Positions 9,419-19,185 are shown, counted from the stretch's first letter. The stretch: 64,000 bases of DNA from Candidatus Latescibacterota bacterium (GCA_965116875.1 OZ220733.1:3680001-3744000), one strand, 5' to 3'. The notes: generated by a model from the letters alone, not told the origin. Translations and numbers: made by a program.

Positions 9419-9477
9419 GGCGAATGTCGGTATCCGGCTTCAGGAGTATATGAAGATGATCCGGTGACGTTCCCGGC

Positions 9478-10629
9478 TTACTCGATCCGGTTGTGCTGTT
9501 TCATGATCTCGAGCAGTCGATCCAGCGGGAGTCCCGGCATCGTCCTGTTGTCCCGTCCGGTCATGGTGTCCGCAGCGCAAAGCGCGTTGACGATGGCTTC
9601 TTCGGTCGCCTCCACCGTGGCCTGCAGGAGCGGGTTGAGGCGGCGGTCGCGGAGGGTGTGAACGGTATCCACCATCGCCGGGACCCGCGGGATGCGGCGC
9701 GCGGTGGAGAATGCGAGTGCAAGGTCGCCGCTGCTGGTTCTGGAAAACGTGCCGGTGCGGCTCACGCCCAGTGCGGATCGCTTGCAGAGCCGGCGAAGTT
9801 GAATGGGGATCAATGGCGCATCGGTGGCGATGACGATGACAATGGAGCCGTCGCGGGTCGGCTTGCGCGGCGCCATGGGAAGATGCCGTCCCACGGGAAC
9901 GCCGTCGATGACCAGATTGGCACGGCGGCCGCAGTTTGCCACAACGAGTACGCCCAGGGTATACGCGCCCTGGGCACTGTCAAGTACACGCGACGCGGTT
10001 CCGATGCCGGCCTTGAAGCCATAGGCGCGCATCCCGGTACCGGCGCCCACCGACCCTTCCGGAACCCGTCCGTCCGCCGCGGATTCAATCGCCCGGATGA
10101 CGTGTTCCTCTTTCACGTGGCGGCCCGCAATGTCGTTGAGTCCGCCGTCGTAACATTCGGCCACGACGGGAAGGGGCACGCGCCCCGGATTTTTCTGAAG
10201 CATATAGGCGACAACGCCGCTGTACCCTTCGCCGACGCTCAGCGTGTTCGTCACGACCACCGGCACCTCCAGCAGACCCCGCTCGTTGATCCATTCCATT
10301 CCCGTCATTTCACCGTTGCCGTTGAGCGCTACCGCCGAGGCGAAGACCTGGTTCAGATAGACGTCGTCGGCGTGCGGCACCACCGCGGTGACACCGGTGC
10401 GCACGGGACCCTTTCCAACTTCCAATTCTCCCTCGCCGGTGATCAGGGTGACGTGCCCCACCCGGACGCCGGCGACGTCCGTGATGGCGTTATGCGGGCC
10501 CGGCTTTAGCGCGCCGATGCGGATACCGAGATCCCGTGCGCGGGGCCGCCGGGCATCCGCGGCGCCCATGCAGAGCGCCAGGGTGAGGAGCGTGAGTAAC
10601 GATCGCGCCAGGTATGTGTGAGGATCCAT
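9478..10629 (-). CDS. P1/DmpA (S58) family aminopeptidase with signal peptide
   Basis: NAITDVAGVRVGH, EGSVGAGTGM, DG/SIV autoprocessing site, EATEEAIVNAL. Confidence 0.9.
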   Translation of the reverse strand: MDPHTYLARSLLTLLTLALCMGAADARRPRARDLGIRIGALKPGPHNAITDVAGVRVGHVTLITGEGELEVGKGPVRTGVTAVVPHADDVYLNQVFASAVALNGNGEMTGMEWINERGLLEVPVVVTNTLSVGEGYSGVVAYMLQKNPGRVPLPVVAECYDGGLNDIAGRHVKEEHVIRAIESAADGRVPEGSVGAGTGMRAYGFKAGIGTASRVLDSAQGAYTLGVLVVANCGRRANLVIDGVPVGRHLPMAPRKPTRDGSIVIVIATDAPLIPIQLRRLCKRSALGVSRTGTFSRTSSGDLALAFSTARRIPRVPAMVDTVHTLRDRRLNPLLQATVEATEEAIVNALCAADTMTGRDNRTMPGLPLDRLLEIMKQHNRIE

Positions 10630-10677
10630 ATCGCTTGGCTGAGAGTTCCGCACGGCGGAGGGCCGGCTGCCAAAAAC

Positions 10678-11871
10678 TCAACGGATTCGAAACACCGATC
10701 TGAACGAAAAACCGCCGATGGTTGTACCCATCCGGCCGGCCGCGTGGGTCCTGCCCTTCCACACGAAACTGCCGAACGTTCCGAACAACCCCACCAGGAC
10801 CGTGTATGGAATCTGCATGAGTTCCCACACAGGCAATAGAGGGAGGAGGTCCGTCCGGCCGAAGCGTCGCGCGCCTCTCCACACCACGCCCAGGTCCCCC
10901 AGCGTCTTGACCGCCAGACACGACAGGGGGACGCCGACAGCGGATTCCAGTACTCCGAGGACAATTCCGGCGGGTACGAGGAGGTTGATCAGAAAGACAT
11001 TTGCGAGATAGACGGAAAAGACGGGATTCAACGCCGCCATCCGTCGGGCGTTCGATGCCCATCGCCGACGCTGGTTCCAGAAACCGGCGATGGATTCCGC
11101 CCGCCGGGTGCTGACAAAGGTATGAGGGTGGTCTGAAAATGCGGTCTTCGCGCCAGCCCTGCGAAACAACTGAAGCAGGAGAACGTCGTCGCCGGAAGGG
11201 CAGCGGGCAATCTCTTCGAAGCCGTCAACACGTTCGAAGAGGGCTTTCCGATAGCCGAAGTTCTGCCCCGATGCGGCCAGCGGCACGCCGAGGTTGGCCG
11301 CGCCGGCCGATGCGGACATCAGTGCGAGAAAGTCGAAGGCCTGCAGTCGCTCCGCTGGCGTCAGCCGTTCACCGGCGTTTTTTAATTGCGAGAACCCGAT
11401 GACGGCGTCCGCGCCGGTTTCGAGCTGCGATACCATTCCCGAAATCCAGGTGGCCGGTACCGAGCAGTCCGCGTCGGTGGTCAGTATGATCTCGCCCCGC
11501 GACGCCCGGATGCCCTCCGACAGCGGGCGCTTCTTTGCTGCCATGTGCTGAAAGGCGTCGGTGACCTCGATGCCCCGGAAGTGGGGGTAAGCCGTTGCGA
11601 AACGCGTCACGACTTGCGCCGTCCCATCCGTCGAGCCGTCGTCGACGACCACGACTTCGTACCGGTCAGCGGGATAGGTCTGGCTGACCAGTCCCTCGAG
11701 GCAATCACCGATGAACCCGGCTTCGTTTCTGGCCGCAATGACGACCGATACGAACGGATGGGAACCGGCGGGATCGGGTTGGCGTTTTCGGCGTAGACCA
11801 ACCAGAAACGCCAGTGCGGCGCCGAAGTAGAACGCCGTTGATATCAGCAGCAACGCATTGATCAGAGTCAT
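10678..11871 (-). CDS. Glycosyltransferase family 2 (membrane)
   Basis: AARNE, DDGSTD, TDAD, GDD, QRRRW. Confidence 0.92.
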   Translation of the reverse strand: MTLINALLLISTAFYFGAALAFLVGLRRKRQPDPAGSHPFVSVVIAARNEAGFIGDCLEGLVSQTYPADRYEVVVVDDGSTDGTAQVVTRFATAYPHFRGIEVTDAFQHMAAKKRPLSEGIRASRGEIILTTDADCSVPATWISGMVSQLETGADAVIGFSQLKNAGERLTPAERLQAFDFLALMSASAGAANLGVPLAASGQNFGYRKALFERVDGFEEIARCPSGDDVLLLQLFRRAGAKTAFSDHPHTFVSTRRAESIAGFWNQRRRWASNARRMAALNPVFSVYLANVFLINLLVPAGIVLGVLESAVGVPLSCLAVKTLGDLGVVWRGARRFGRTDLLPLLPVWELMQIPYTVLVGLFGTFGSFVWKGRTHAAGRMGTTIGGFSFRSVFRIR

Positions 11872-12130
11872 AAACACGGAGATTCGAGGGCTGCCGGGGT
11901 TGGATTCAGGACGCAGGGGTCGAAAGAGCGGGTTACGGTCCAGGCGCGAATGATACACGGAGACCGTTGGACAAGATTTATAATAGTTTGTTTTTAATGC
12001 ACTTAACTAAATACATATCCACTACGATTGACGTCGTCGAGTCGGGTTCGCCACACGGGTGAAGCGCGGTCCATTCTCGATGGATTCATGAAAAGAATCT
12101 GGATTGGGTCGTTTTTCGGCTCTTGTGACT

Positions 12131-12160
12131 TTATCCTGTGTATCCTGTCCAACCATGTAA
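12131..12160 (+). repeat. ATCCTG-type short dispersed repeat (second copy at 24307-24336)
   Basis: TTATCCTGTGTATCCTGTCCAACCATGTAA versus TTATCCTGCCCATCCTGTCCATCCATGTAA. Confidence 0.6.
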
Positions 12161-12188
12161 ACTCACGCTCTTTGAATCAGGGAGGCGG

Positions 12189-13244
12189 CTACTTCACCTC
12201 TTCGATATCGTAGAACATGCCCTTGATGCCTTCGGAGCAATTGTTGCAGATGGGTACAGCGGACCGGTCCTTGAGAATGGCGTTCCGGAAGCCCGTATAT
12301 GCCTCTCCGGACCAGACGCTGTCGAAGTCCGGGTCCTCCAGCGCATTGCCCAGACCATAGTGCACGTCTTTGTCGAAACAGCAGGGCGACACGGCCCCGT
12401 CCCAATTGACGACGGTACTGTACCAGAGATGCCTGCAGGAATTCGTGATTTTGCCGTTCATCGTCAGCTGGTCCGCGTCGTAAAGGTAGCGGCTGTAGGA
12501 TTCGTCTTCGGGAAGGAAATGTTCCGCTTCCGCATCTGTATAGACCTGGGCCGTTTTCAGCGAGAGCCGGTCCACACCCAGTTCCCGCGCGAGTTTCCGG
12601 GCGGCCTCGATCTCGGCTTCGTTGTGCTTGAAGATGATGAACTGCAGATGAATGACGGGGTGGCCGGCATTCAGCGTCTTCTTGGCCGCGCTCAGAAGCC
12701 GGATCCCGTCCAGCACGCGGTCGAAGTTTCCGCCCACGCGGTATTTGACATAGGATTCCGGGGTCACGCCGTCCAGGGAGACCACGATTTCGTCGAGGCC
12801 GGAGGTGACGATATCCTCCGCATCGCTTCGGCTGCGGATGTAGTGGACATTGGTGCTGGTGATGGTGGGAACGTTGTGCGCTTTCGCCAGACGGACCATG
12901 TCGGTCAGCCGCTTGTTGATGAAGGGTTCGCCCTGGTTCCACAACATCAGCAGCAGGAGGTCCTTCGCCTGTTCCTCGAAGATCCGCTTGAAGGCATCGT
13001 ATTCCATCGTACCCCGGGGCCTTGTCAACCCCCCATTGCCGGATGGACAGAGCGGACACTTGAGGTTGCAGAGGTTGGTGGGCTCCACCATCAGGACGAA
13101 GGGGCGGCCCATCCGGATATCGCGGCCGGCCAGGCGAGAGAGCATGTACGAAGAAACAACCCTGGCCAGGTTCCAGACGCGCCGGGCCGTCAGCGTCCGA
13201 TGGTAACGCGCAACGGTCCCGGGCAACAGTCTGAGTGAGAGCAT
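12189..13244 (-). CDS. Radical SAM protein with SPASM/twitch domain
   Basis: CNLKCPLC; C-terminal C..W...PCCFD...CNNC. Confidence 0.92.
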   Translation of the reverse strand: MLSLRLLPGTVARYHRTLTARRVWNLARVVSSYMLSRLAGRDIRMGRPFVLMVEPTNLCNLKCPLCPSGNGGLTRPRGTMEYDAFKRIFEEQAKDLLLLMLWNQGEPFINKRLTDMVRLAKAHNVPTITSTNVHYIRSRSDAEDIVTSGLDEIVVSLDGVTPESYVKYRVGGNFDRVLDGIRLLSAAKKTLNAGHPVIHLQFIIFKHNEAEIEAARKLARELGVDRLSLKTAQVYTDAEAEHFLPEDESYSRYLYDADQLTMNGKITNSCRHLWYSTVVNWDGAVSPCCFDKDVHYGLGNALEDPDFDSVWSGEAYTGFRNAILKDRSAVPICNNCSEGIKGMFYDIEEVK

Positions 13245-13246
13245 AT

Positions 13247-14347
13247 CTATTTCCAGCGGGAGGGCGCCAGTGCGCCTGCGGCGCAGATGACGACGACATA
13301 CGGTACGGAAATCAGTTCAAGGAGTGGAAACAACCGGAGGATCTTCCGCGCGCTGAAACGGCGGGCGGCCCTGAACAGCAGCAGCCAGTCGGCGAGTACC
13401 TTCGCCGCAACCATCAGGCCGAAGGGGACGCGGAAGGCCGGGTACCGCCACGCGAGGAAAGGCGCAGCCGCGAGAGCCACGTGGAATATATAGATACACG
13501 CGGCCACAAGCAAGACTGAATATCCGTAATGGACCGCCTTCGACTGATAGCGAACCTGACGGCGGAACAGCCCGTCGGTATGGGGTTGCGAATCCACTCT
13601 GGCCTCCGGATTGAACCGGATGCGCCAGGTCGTCCGCCTGGCGATCCGCCGCATCAGCAGGACGTCGTCCCCGCCGCGAATATGACCGATCGGCCCGAAG
13701 CCGCCGGCATCGTGAAAGGCCGTCCTGCGGTAGGCCAGGTTCCGACCGGAACAGGTCAGGGGAAAACCCAGGCCCATGCTGCCCGCCGCAAGCGTGGAAA
13801 CCACGAGGCCCTGCAGGGCGAGCAGTCCGGAAAGCAGCCCTCTTCCCGGCAAGAGAGGGGCATATCCGGCGACCATGCCAACGTCGGGGTCGAATGCGCG
13901 GACCGTAGATGCGATCCAGTCGGAGGAGGGGATACAGTCGGCGTCGGTGGTGAGGATGATCTCCCCGGCGCCCGCGCGGATGCCCGCGTCCAGCGCGTTC
14001 TTTTTCGGGCAGGCGAGGGCGCCCTCGGTAACCCGCACGACCTTGAGTCCGGGAATCCGATCCGACCACGCGAGCGCCCGGCGTGCGGTATCGTCGGTTG
14101 AACGGTCGTCGACGACGATGACCTCGGTGCGTTCGGAGGGGTACGTCTGTTCGGCGAGAGCCGCGAGGCAGGTTTCGATGCGATGGACTTCGTTACGGGC
14201 GGCAATGACGACAGTGACGTCGTGGATTTCCGCGTTGCAACCCGAGGCCATGCGATTCAGGCCTCTATGGATGGCGCCTGCAACGATGACGTAGATCAGG
14301 CAGAGGAAGTATGAGTCGAATACCAGCGCTTCCATCGTGGAGGTCAT
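13247..14347 (-). CDS. Glycosyltransferase family 2 (membrane)
   Basis: AARNE, DDRSTD, TDAD, GGDD, QVRY; ATGA overlap with the upstream gene. Confidence 0.9.
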   Translation of the reverse strand: MTSTMEALVFDSYFLCLIYVIVAGAIHRGLNRMASGCNAEIHDVTVVIAARNEVHRIETCLAALAEQTYPSERTEVIVVDDRSTDDTARRALAWSDRIPGLKVVRVTEGALACPKKNALDAGIRAGAGEIILTTDADCIPSSDWIASTVRAFDPDVGMVAGYAPLLPGRGLLSGLLALQGLVVSTLAAGSMGLGFPLTCSGRNLAYRRTAFHDAGGFGPIGHIRGGDDVLLMRRIARRTTWRIRFNPEARVDSQPHTDGLFRRQVRYQSKAVHYGYSVLLVAACIYIFHVALAAAPFLAWRYPAFRVPFGLMVAAKVLADWLLLFRAARRFSARKILRLFPLLELISVPYVVVICAAGALAPSRWK

Positions 14348-15525
14348 CTGGCACAGGCGCGGCGGGCATCGCCGATACACTGCCTGATCCAGGCCAGATT
14401 GGCTTCGGGCATGATACCGTAATTGTAGAACGAAAAGCGGCGGACGCCCAGGTCCAGCGCGCGATCGACGCCCGCGCCGAGTGTCGCAGCGTCCGGAGAA
14501 GCGGGAGGATAGGCCTGGAGGCCCACCACGAGTTGCTGCGGGTTTCTCAGGTCGGGCACGATTCCGGAAATGGTCTCCCCGATCCGGCCGGCGTCCGGCG
14601 TGTAGGCGAGGGTTTCCGCGTAATCCGCGATTTCCGCGAGGCGCGAGCGGTCGATTGCAGCGTTGAACCGGTCGCCCATAAAGATGGTTGAAACAGGGAC
14701 CCCGGCGGCTGCCCTGACCTCTTCCAGCAGGCTTGAGACAACCTCGTCGCGCATCCGGACGAATGGCTCGAGCTGAGGCACGGTGGCGGTGAGCTCCTCG
14801 GGGGACTCTGCGGGCGGGATGCCGGATGCCAGAGTCTGGCGCAGTCTGGACGCGACGGCCCTTGAAAGGGCATCGGGATCCAGGCCTGTTTTTTGCGCCC
14901 GCGCCCGGCAGGCGTCGCAGAAGCAGAGGGAGAGCAGCATTCGGCCGCCCGGCCCCAGATCGACGCCGTGCTTGACGTGATAGTGGGTGTGTCCGAACCC
15001 GCCATACGAGAGGGATTCGCACTCGAGAAGGGCGATGCCGTAGTTCGCCGCAAGATCTCCGGCCAGCGCCGAGGCGAAGGCGCGTACCCCCGGGTTGGCC
15101 GGGCAGAGCCAGGATGTGCTGACGTCTCCCGTACAGGTGACTTCGGCGCACTCGGGGTGACGCCCCGCCTGAAATGAATTGTGGAGGAATACCGTCCAGG
15201 CGATGAGCTCGATTCCGGCCCCGGCCGCGGCATCGGCGGCGTCAGCGTACCAGTTGTCCCCGCCCATCAGCGGGCTGACGTGCGGTTTGATGGGTGTATC
15301 GGCATAGAGGCCCGGATCGGGCTGAAAATAGATGGCGGCCTGCGGGATCTGAAGAAGCACCTTTCCCGGCGAATGGGGGCGCAGCATCTCGAAGGTATGG
15401 TACGCCGATGCCACGCTGATGCCATCCAGACCGACGTCGTCCCGGAGCCGTTTTGCGATGGCCCGGGCGTCGCCGTCTGCCAGGTCCCACGGGTATGTCC
15501 AGAGGGTTGTGTGAAAGTCGGTCAC
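14344..15525 (-). CDS. Conserved hypothetical protein, probable glycoside-hydrolase-like TIM barrel
   Basis: YPWDL, AYH, AWTVFLHN, LCPANP, LCFCDAC, FYNYG; GGAG RBS before GTG. Confidence 0.65.
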   Translation of the reverse strand: MTDFHTTLWTYPWDLADGDARAIAKRLRDDVGLDGISVASAYHTFEMLRPHSPGKVLLQIPQAAIYFQPDPGLYADTPIKPHVSPLMGGDNWYADAADAAAGAGIELIAWTVFLHNSFQAGRHPECAEVTCTGDVSTSWLCPANPGVRAFASALAGDLAANYGIALLECESLSYGGFGHTHYHVKHGVDLGPGGRMLLSLCFCDACRARAQKTGLDPDALSRAVASRLRQTLASGIPPAESPEELTATVPQLEPFVRMRDEVVSSLLEEVRAAAGVPVSTIFMGDRFNAAIDRSRLAEIADYAETLAYTPDAGRIGETISGIVPDLRNPQQLVVGLQAYPPASPDAATLGAGVDRALDLGVRRFSFYNYGIMPEANLAWIRQCIGDARRACAR

Positions 15526-15677
15526 GATGGCTCCAGTTGCAGGTGGTATGCGACGGGGCGATCTGCTATCGATCCCTGATGCGTTGATAGTACCCACTGT
15601 TTACGGCGATTGCAAGGGGTTTCAGAGCGACCACATTATGAAATCTCTCCCCTCTCCCGTCTTCCTTCTACCCGTTT

Positions 15678-16820
15678 CTATATGTATCCCGTCGAGCCAT
15701 CCGGCCGGACGGGCGCCGTTCGCTGCCAGTGAGGCGGGTCTGTATCCGCAAGCGCGTCTTCGTTCACCTCGATTCCCAATCCCGGGCGGTCCCTGAGTTC
15801 GAGGTATCCGTCCACCGGCAGGTACGGATCCGGGACGTACTCCATCCATTTGGAGCCGACGGGGATGACGTATTCGAGGATCTTGAAGTTGTGCGTCGCC
15901 GCGGCGAAGTGCACGTTGACCGCCGTGGCGATCGGTCCCATCGGATTGTGCGGCGCGATGGTGACGTAGTGGGCCTCGGCGATGGCCGCGATCTTTCGCA
16001 TCTCCAGAAGGCCCCCGCAGACGCAGACGTCGGGCTGAATGATGTCGGCGGCCCTGGCGGCGATGAGGTTCAGGAACTCGAAGCGCGCGTAGAGACATTC
16101 CCCCGTTGCCAGCGGTACCTGCATCTGCTGCCGCAACTGCTGCCAGGCGGGGATGTGTTCCGGCCTGAGGGGCTCTTCGTAGAACAGGGGGTCATAGGGC
16201 GCCAGCGCGTTGGCGAGCTGCAGGGCTCTGACGGGTTCGAAGATTTTCGCGTGTGGGTCGAATGCGAATTCCCAATCGTCGGGCGTGTGCTTTCGGAGGC
16301 TCTCGAAATACTCGCCGGCGGCCGCGCAGATCCGGCCCCATCGATTCGCGTCCGGATTCAGCAGGAAGGGGCTGGTCTTGAACGCCGTGAACCCCCATTG
16401 GTCATTCAGACGGTGCGCGCCTTCCGCCGCAGCCTCTCCGGTCGGTCCGCCGCAGCTCTGGTAGACCCGTACGCGGTCTCTCAGGTTGCCGCCCAGAAGC
16501 ATATATACGGGAACGTTCGCGGCTTTGCCGCTGATATCCCAAAGCGCGTGTTCAATGCCGGAAATCGCGGCGAGGCCGGTACCCCCCGCGGGGAAACGAA
16601 ACTGCTGATGAATCTTCATCATCAGATATTCGATGCGGCGGGGGTCTTCGCCGACAAGCCACGTGGCGACGTAGTCGACAATGGGCTCGATGGAGAGGTC
16701 CGGCCCGATGGAATAGGCTTCGCCCCATCCGGACAGGCCCTCGTCGGTTTCGACTTTCACAAGCGCCCTTGGACGGTTGCTGTACGTCACGAGAAAGGTC
16801 TTTACCGCGGTGATTTTCAT
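15678..16820 (-). CDS. Mandelate racemase/enolase superfamily dehydratase (galactonate dehydratase-like)
   Basis: GWGE, ALWDISGK, FYEEP, ATGE, IIQPD, APHNP. Confidence 0.88.
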   Translation of the reverse strand: MKITAVKTFLVTYSNRPRALVKVETDEGLSGWGEAYSIGPDLSIEPIVDYVATWLVGEDPRRIEYLMMKIHQQFRFPAGGTGLAAISGIEHALWDISGKAANVPVYMLLGGNLRDRVRVYQSCGGPTGEAAAEGAHRLNDQWGFTAFKTSPFLLNPDANRWGRICAAAGEYFESLRKHTPDDWEFAFDPHAKIFEPVRALQLANALAPYDPLFYEEPLRPEHIPAWQQLRQQMQVPLATGECLYARFEFLNLIAARAADIIQPDVCVCGGLLEMRKIAAIAEAHYVTIAPHNPMGPIATAVNVHFAAATHNFKILEYVIPVGSKWMEYVPDPYLPVDGYLELRDRPGLGIEVNEDALADTDPPHWQRTAPVRPDGSTGYI

Positions 16821-17077
16821 GGTGGCAACTCTCCTCTTTGCGTGGATTCGGCGCCGGAGTCTGATTCCGGATTGTACCGAAAGAGATCGCCAGGCGTACA
16901 TTCAAGCGCCTGGCAGAGAGATTCAATGGTGGCCAGGTCGATCCGCTTTGCCCGGTTGTTGTAGATGGCCGAGACGGTATTGGCCTGAAGCCCTGTCAGC
17001 GCGGCGATTTCGGAGATCCTGTACGGACGGTCCGGGCCCTTTTCGGCCATAAGTACGTGGAGTTGGAATCTCAGCAT
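16817..17077 (-). CDS. Xre/Cro helix-turn-helix regulator
   Basis: ISEIAALTGLQANTVSAIYNN...IDLATIESLCQALECTPGDLF. Confidence 0.88.
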   Translation of the reverse strand: MLRFQLHVLMAEKGPDRPYRISEIAALTGLQANTVSAIYNNRAKRIDLATIESLCQALECTPGDLFRYNPESDSGAESTQRGELPP

Positions 17078-17351
17078 TTCTCTGAACGTGCTGGAGTCGA
17101 AGCCGCCAGACGGTTGTGCGTCAACCCGCGGTCGTGAGAAATATAAATTACGCGATAAATAATAAAATATATAGTTTTAAACGTAATTAGTTACTTGTTT
17201 TTTAAAAATGCAACGTGATGGAAAGTTGACGCCATTGGCGCCGGGTTGGAGATCCGGTTCACAGGTTGTTGGAATGGAACTTTCCCGGGAGGGGACCGAT
17301 CGCGTCCGTTTTCCCGCAAAGACGGCGTTTTTCCGCATCGGTCGGGATCCC

Positions 17352-17852
17352 TCAGTCTTTGAAGGTGAGCGAGATGCCGGCCTTGGCTGCGTACTTGTTC
17401 TCCGTGCCTTCGGCCACCCCCCGGTCCAGGGTGGTTTCCGCAAAAAACCGAAACGGTCCAAGCATCTTCAGGTTGATCCCCGCCACGGCGGTTAGAAGCA
17501 CCTTGCTGGCCGACCCGTCGATGAGTTCGGCATCCGATTCTTCCTTCGTGTATATAAAACCGCTTCCAGCCCCGCCATAAATCCGGAGGTTGTCCCCCAG
17601 ACTGAACTTGTAGAGTCCCCGGATGGAAACGGGCACGGTAATCGCACCGGATTTCTCGTAGTACTCTCCGGCCAGCATCACCCCCGCCGGTTTGCTTCCG
17701 AACGGCAGAATGATGGACCCGTGCCAGCCGGGTTCCTTGTCTTCGACGTAGAGTCCGCCCCCTGCGCGTATGGCGATCTGTGCCTGCGTCTCCGTGGAGG
17801 CCGCGCACATAAGGCAGAACGTGGTCAACGCGGGGGCGAGGTATCTGATCAT
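17352..17852 (-). CDS. Small outer-membrane beta-barrel protein
   Basis: Signal peptide, amphipathic strands, YGGAGSG, terminal GISLTF; AAGGAG RBS. Confidence 0.7.
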   Translation of the reverse strand: MIRYLAPALTTFCLMCAASTETQAQIAIRAGGGLYVEDKEPGWHGSIILPFGSKPAGVMLAGEYYEKSGAITVPVSIRGLYKFSLGDNLRIYGGAGSGFIYTKEESDAELIDGSASKVLLTAVAGINLKMLGPFRFFAETTLDRGVAEGTENKYAAKAGISLTFKD

Positions 17853-17901
17853 CGTTGGAGTCTCCTTTCGCGGTAAGTTCGATCTGATCCGGTCCTCGAC
17901 T

Positions 17902-18264
17902 TCAATATCGGTAAGCAATTCCCATTCGGCGGGCAGCCGCACGCAGGTTTCCTTCTGAAGTCCAAAGCGGCAGGTCGGACAGCCGGGCCGACGCCATCAG
18001 GTGCGCGTCGATCAGGCCGACTCCGGAGGCGGACAGCCGGTGATGATCGATGAAATGAAGGACTTCCCGGTCGCTGGCCATGGAGACCTGCGGCAGGGTC
18101 TGCAGCAGCGTGAGGAATTCCGTTCGGTTGTTCAGGGTCCCGCACGCGAGTTCTCCAACGATCAGCGGATGGCACGCAACCCTCGCATTGCGCAGGAGCG
18201 ATTTCAGCCGTCCGTTCCCCGATCGAAGGAACGAGACCCAGATTGGCGTATCGACAAGAACCAT
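17902..18264 (-). CDS. vapC: VapC family PIN toxin
   Basis: MVLVDTPIWV, GELACG, IDAHL; the usual LWTxD reads LWTSE. Confidence 0.85.
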   Translation of the reverse strand: MVLVDTPIWVSFLRSGNGRLKSLLRNARVACHPLIVGELACGTLNNRTEFLTLLQTLPQVSMASDREVLHFIDHHRLSASGVGLIDAHLMASARLSDLPLWTSEGNLRAAARRMGIAYRY

Positions 18265-18266
18265 GG

Positions 18267-18464
18267 CTATGGTTTACAGGGACGTCGCCGCGGGACCGGC
18301 AACAGGCTTTCCTCCGAACCTTCGAGCTCCGCCAGCCGCCTGCTGCTCTCGCGGGCGATCAGGGCTTCGAGGCCAAGCCTGACCAGGGCGGTTTTCTGTT
18401 TGATACCGGTTAACGTAGATGCACGTTTCAACAGGTCGCCGTCGATATTCAGCGTCGTTCTCAT
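18267..18464 (-). CDS. vapB: VapB family antitoxin
   Basis: MRTTLNIDGDLL...KTALVRLGLEALIARE, directly upstream of the PIN gene. Confidence 0.85.
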   Translation of the reverse strand: MRTTLNIDGDLLKRASTLTGIKQKTALVRLGLEALIARESSRRLAELEGSEESLLPVPRRRPCKP

Positions 18465-18471
18465 ATGCTAT

Positions 18472-18500
18472 AATATGCATAATTTATACATATAAGTCAA
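18472..18500 (-). promoter_or_regulatory. vapBC promoter with overlapping palindromes
   Basis: TTGACT-17-CATATT; -10 box 7 nt from ATG; imperfect ATGC/GCAT palindromes. Confidence 0.55.
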
Positions 18501-18620
18501 TGGCAATCAGATGCGGTGAAACATCATATCGATGAATCGAAAACAGGATGGACGCCACGATGAAACTTGCGTGAGGTACGGACCGGCGGTATGTTATGCA
18601 TGGGCGAACGGCCGGTCTTT

Positions 18621-18731
18621 CCTCCCTCTTTCCTTTAGGAGAGAGGGCCGGGGAGAGAGGTCTGGGCGGAGGGGAGAGGTGGATTTTGATCCTGGTTTTC
18701 GTTTTAAGCTGACAGCCGACGACTGATCGCT
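18621..18731. repeat. CCCTCT/GAGAGG REP-like hairpin plus GCTGAYAG heptamer repeats
   Basis: CCCTCT...AGAGGGCCGGGGAGAGAGG (related copy at 23313-23344); GCTGACAG/CTGATCGCT heptamers (related copy at 57985-58027). Confidence 0.55.
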
Positions 18732-18744
18732 TATGTGCTGAACA

Positions 18745-19185
18745 ATGACTGAGAAATTCAAACTGATTCCCGAAGCCCACGTCTTCCTCATGAACGGTAA
18801 CGACGAAGTGTTGTTACTGAGACGATTCAATACCGGGTTTGAAGACGGGAAGTACAGCGTGATTGCCGGGCATATCGACGGAAACGAGGAGGTCCGGGCT
18901 GCCGCGATCAGGGAAGCGCGTGAAGAGGCGGGAATCGAGATCAGGCCGGCCGACATCGAGGTGGTGGGGGTGATGCACCGGAAGAGCGAGGACGAACGCG
19001 TGGGTTTTTTTCTCGCGGCATCCAGGTGGCATGGCGACGTCGTTAACGCCGAGCCGCACAGATGCGACGACCTGTCATGGCATTCGGTCCGCAATCTCCC
19101 GTCCAATATGGTGCCATACGTCAGGCGGGCGCTGGATAACTATCTGAACGGAAGGTTCTACGACAGCTTCGGCTGGGAAGAATAG
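18745..19185 (+). CDS. NUDIX hydrolase
   Basis: GHIDGNEEVRAAAIREAREEAGI Nudix box. Confidence 0.93.
   Translation: MTEKFKLIPEAHVFLMNGNDEVLLLRRFNTGFEDGKYSVIAGHIDGNEEVRAAAIREAREEAGIEIRPADIEVVGVMHRKSEDERVGFFLAASRWHGDVVNAEPHRCDDLSWHSVRNLPSNMVPYVRRALDNYLNGRFYDSFGWEE

Noticed and set aside
8285-10509. Long antisense ORFs (8285-9661, 9493-10509; likewise 41976-43277 and 53686-55428)
   Set aside because: Shadow ORFs of high-GC genes on the opposite strand; no motifs or RBS
13247-15151. Apparent large fusion ORFs (13247-15151, 49377-51026, 53107-55068)
   Set aside because: The N-terminal extensions are off-frame overlaps of upstream genes; the real starts are downstream
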